NCBI GenBank assembly: GCA_030704615.1
Contig: CM060731.1
Location: forward strand, 92,566,001-92,630,000
Reading direction: 5' to 3'
Source of the DNA: Takakia lepidozioides
Taxonomy: Eukaryota > Plantae > Bryophyta
DNA: 64,000 nucleotides
This document shows positions 62,401 through 64,000 of this stretch, piece by piece. The position numbers were made by a program, and so were the translations under genes. Under the pieces are notes generated by a model. It was given only the letters and a program-made list of their open reading frames with translations. It was not told the DNA's origin and ran no database searches. How positions within the stretch are numbered: the stretch's first letter is position 1; each line of letters starts with the position of its first letter.

Positions 62401-64000
62401 TGCACTTGGATGTCAAAGAAGGAGGGAGGAAGGTGCATCTCCAACATACACATGACCACCGCCGCCTCCTTCTTCATGCGTGGAAAGTCCGCTTCCTCCA
62501 GCTCTTTGGAGCAAATCCACCGGAACAATGCTCCCAATCTATAAACTGTCTCGCGAACCTCGGGAGTCAATGTCCCACGCACTGCAATGGGCAAGATGTC
62601 TTGCAATAGATTGTGGTAGTCATGAGACTTCAAACCATGGACCCCGTCTTCGTTGAACTTCATACGGAGGGATGACCCATAACCAGTTGGTGTTCGGACA
62701 GCTCCTATGGTGGCTATCACTTTTTTGTATTCCTCCTTTGTCCATTGCCAAGGTGCACGCCTATACTCCGTACAACACCCTTTGGGTCCACACCATTTTC
62801 TTCGGCCCATAGATGGGGCATGCGACCCTGCTCCTCAAGTTCCTTTCTAACACCGAGAGAATCTCCTTTCGCAGCCACTCCCTTCTTTGCCGGCGTGCCA
62901 TGAAGAACACGAAAAAGGGACGAGCAAACATTCTTCTCAATATGCATGGGATCTAGAAGATGACGAATCTTCAGGTCCTACACATATCCCCACCCACAAA
63001 TTCTTACACGTCTATTTTGTCGTGAAAGTGACAATGGAAATCATACAAAACATGCAATATCACATGCATGCATAGCAATATTGATGGTGTTTTTGTGGAA
63101 TATGTACCGCCCAATATGGCAACTCGTAGAAGATTGAAAGCCGCTTCATGCCGGGCACCTCCACCTCACCGGACCCCTCCGGATGGGCCTCCTTCCATTA
63201 GTCTTCCCAAAAGTGCCCGGATGGTGTCACAGGTGGGGGACGTAACTCCACTTTGCCATCAAACAAGTGTTTGTCTCTTCTTCTCCAATGATGGCTCATA
63301 GGAAGAAACTTGCGGTAGTTGGGATACACCATCTTGCGAAGATTGCTGGAGCTTTGTGCATCAAGTTCATCGCCACAATGCAGGCATGTGTGGTACCCTT
63401 TAGTGCTCAACCCCGAGCAAACAGTAAGTCCTGTAGACATTCCGCCACATTAGGAAAGACAAAAAGTTTCCATGTGCATCTACCCCACTACGGTGCAAAA
63501 GACTGTCGCTGCTACTTCAATCAATCCCAATATCCTTTGACAGGTAAATGTACGCGGGTTTCTCATGGGGAACATAATATACCTGGATAATCATGCATTG
63601 TCCAAAGCAAGATGCCTCTCATCTGAAAAGATTGTCCGGCCATAGGGTCAAGTGAAGCATCCAATGTCGGGACCCCCCTCCATAACTCCTTCAGTTCACT
63701 AGAGGTCGCAAGTACGTGTCCATGTCTTTCACTTGTTTTTTCCCTATGAGACATTCACACCATTAATTGTTTCAATGCTCCACCATGCTAATTATACTTC
63801 ATAATGAATGACACATCTTACTACATGATTACGTCACTCATCAATCTTCCATCGGAATTGCGCCAAAGAGAAGAAGATTAATGTAAAATCCAAAGTAATA
63901 ATAAGCATGAAATGGGAACACTCACCCGGTACAATGGCAGCCAACATGATATGGCCTTTTTTTTTATTGAAAGATACGGAGGGATGTTGTAATTCACCAT
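59481..64000 (-). mobile_element. CACTA (En/Spm) DNA transposon, one terminus plus transposase; continues beyond the window
   Basis: CACTACTACG...TTTAGCGACG terminus, with GCGACG/CGTCGC subterminal repeats at 59520-59920 and a Tnp2 gene inside. Confidence 0.8.
61040..63990 (-). pseudogene. CACTA Tnp2 transposase (Transposase_21, DUF4218, DUF4216), spliced and frameshifted
   Basis: LLWTMHDYPG; STKGYHTCLHC...RKFLPMSHHWR; MHIEKNVC; GLKSHDYHNLLQ...PPSFFDIQVHLVVHL...GPVHSRWMY; PEGSMAEGY; DEPFSWPSDMEQVFF. Confidence 0.92.

Noticed and set aside
59481-64000. This CACTA as the direct carrier of copy C
   Set aside because: Its terminus at 59481 faces away from copy C and appears to interrupt the 59128 ORF, so it looks like a later nested insertion.

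Overview
Eukaryotic genomic DNA, most likely from a non-seed land plant (inferred from the style of the PLS-type PPR fragments and the retroelement types). Bases 1-3371 hold the last nine coding exons of an LMBR1-like membrane-protein gene. The remaining ~60 kb is a nested transposon island containing: a near-intact young Ty3/gypsy chromovirus (48014-55034); fragments of non-chromoviral gypsy elements; a LINE RT fragment; two CACTA Tnp2 remnants and putative CACTA ends; scrambled PPR pseudogene fragments in a ~2-kb inverted repeat; and cargo-like ORFs (SWIM finger, intronless kinase, orphan ORFs). The main finding is three decayed, complementary copies of one spliced gene. Together they reconstruct a ~1,350-aa protein (hand count) with a ParB/Srx-like domain (VWDGNHRL) and a C-terminal beta-class DNA N4/N6 amino-methyltransferase domain (DIPDG ... 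LDLTYGTG). Arrays of a shared GGAAATTCGGCGCC motif lie in one of its introns and upstream of it. This is a candidate transposon-borne DNA-binding/DNA-modification system. All calls are by eye; no database searches were run.
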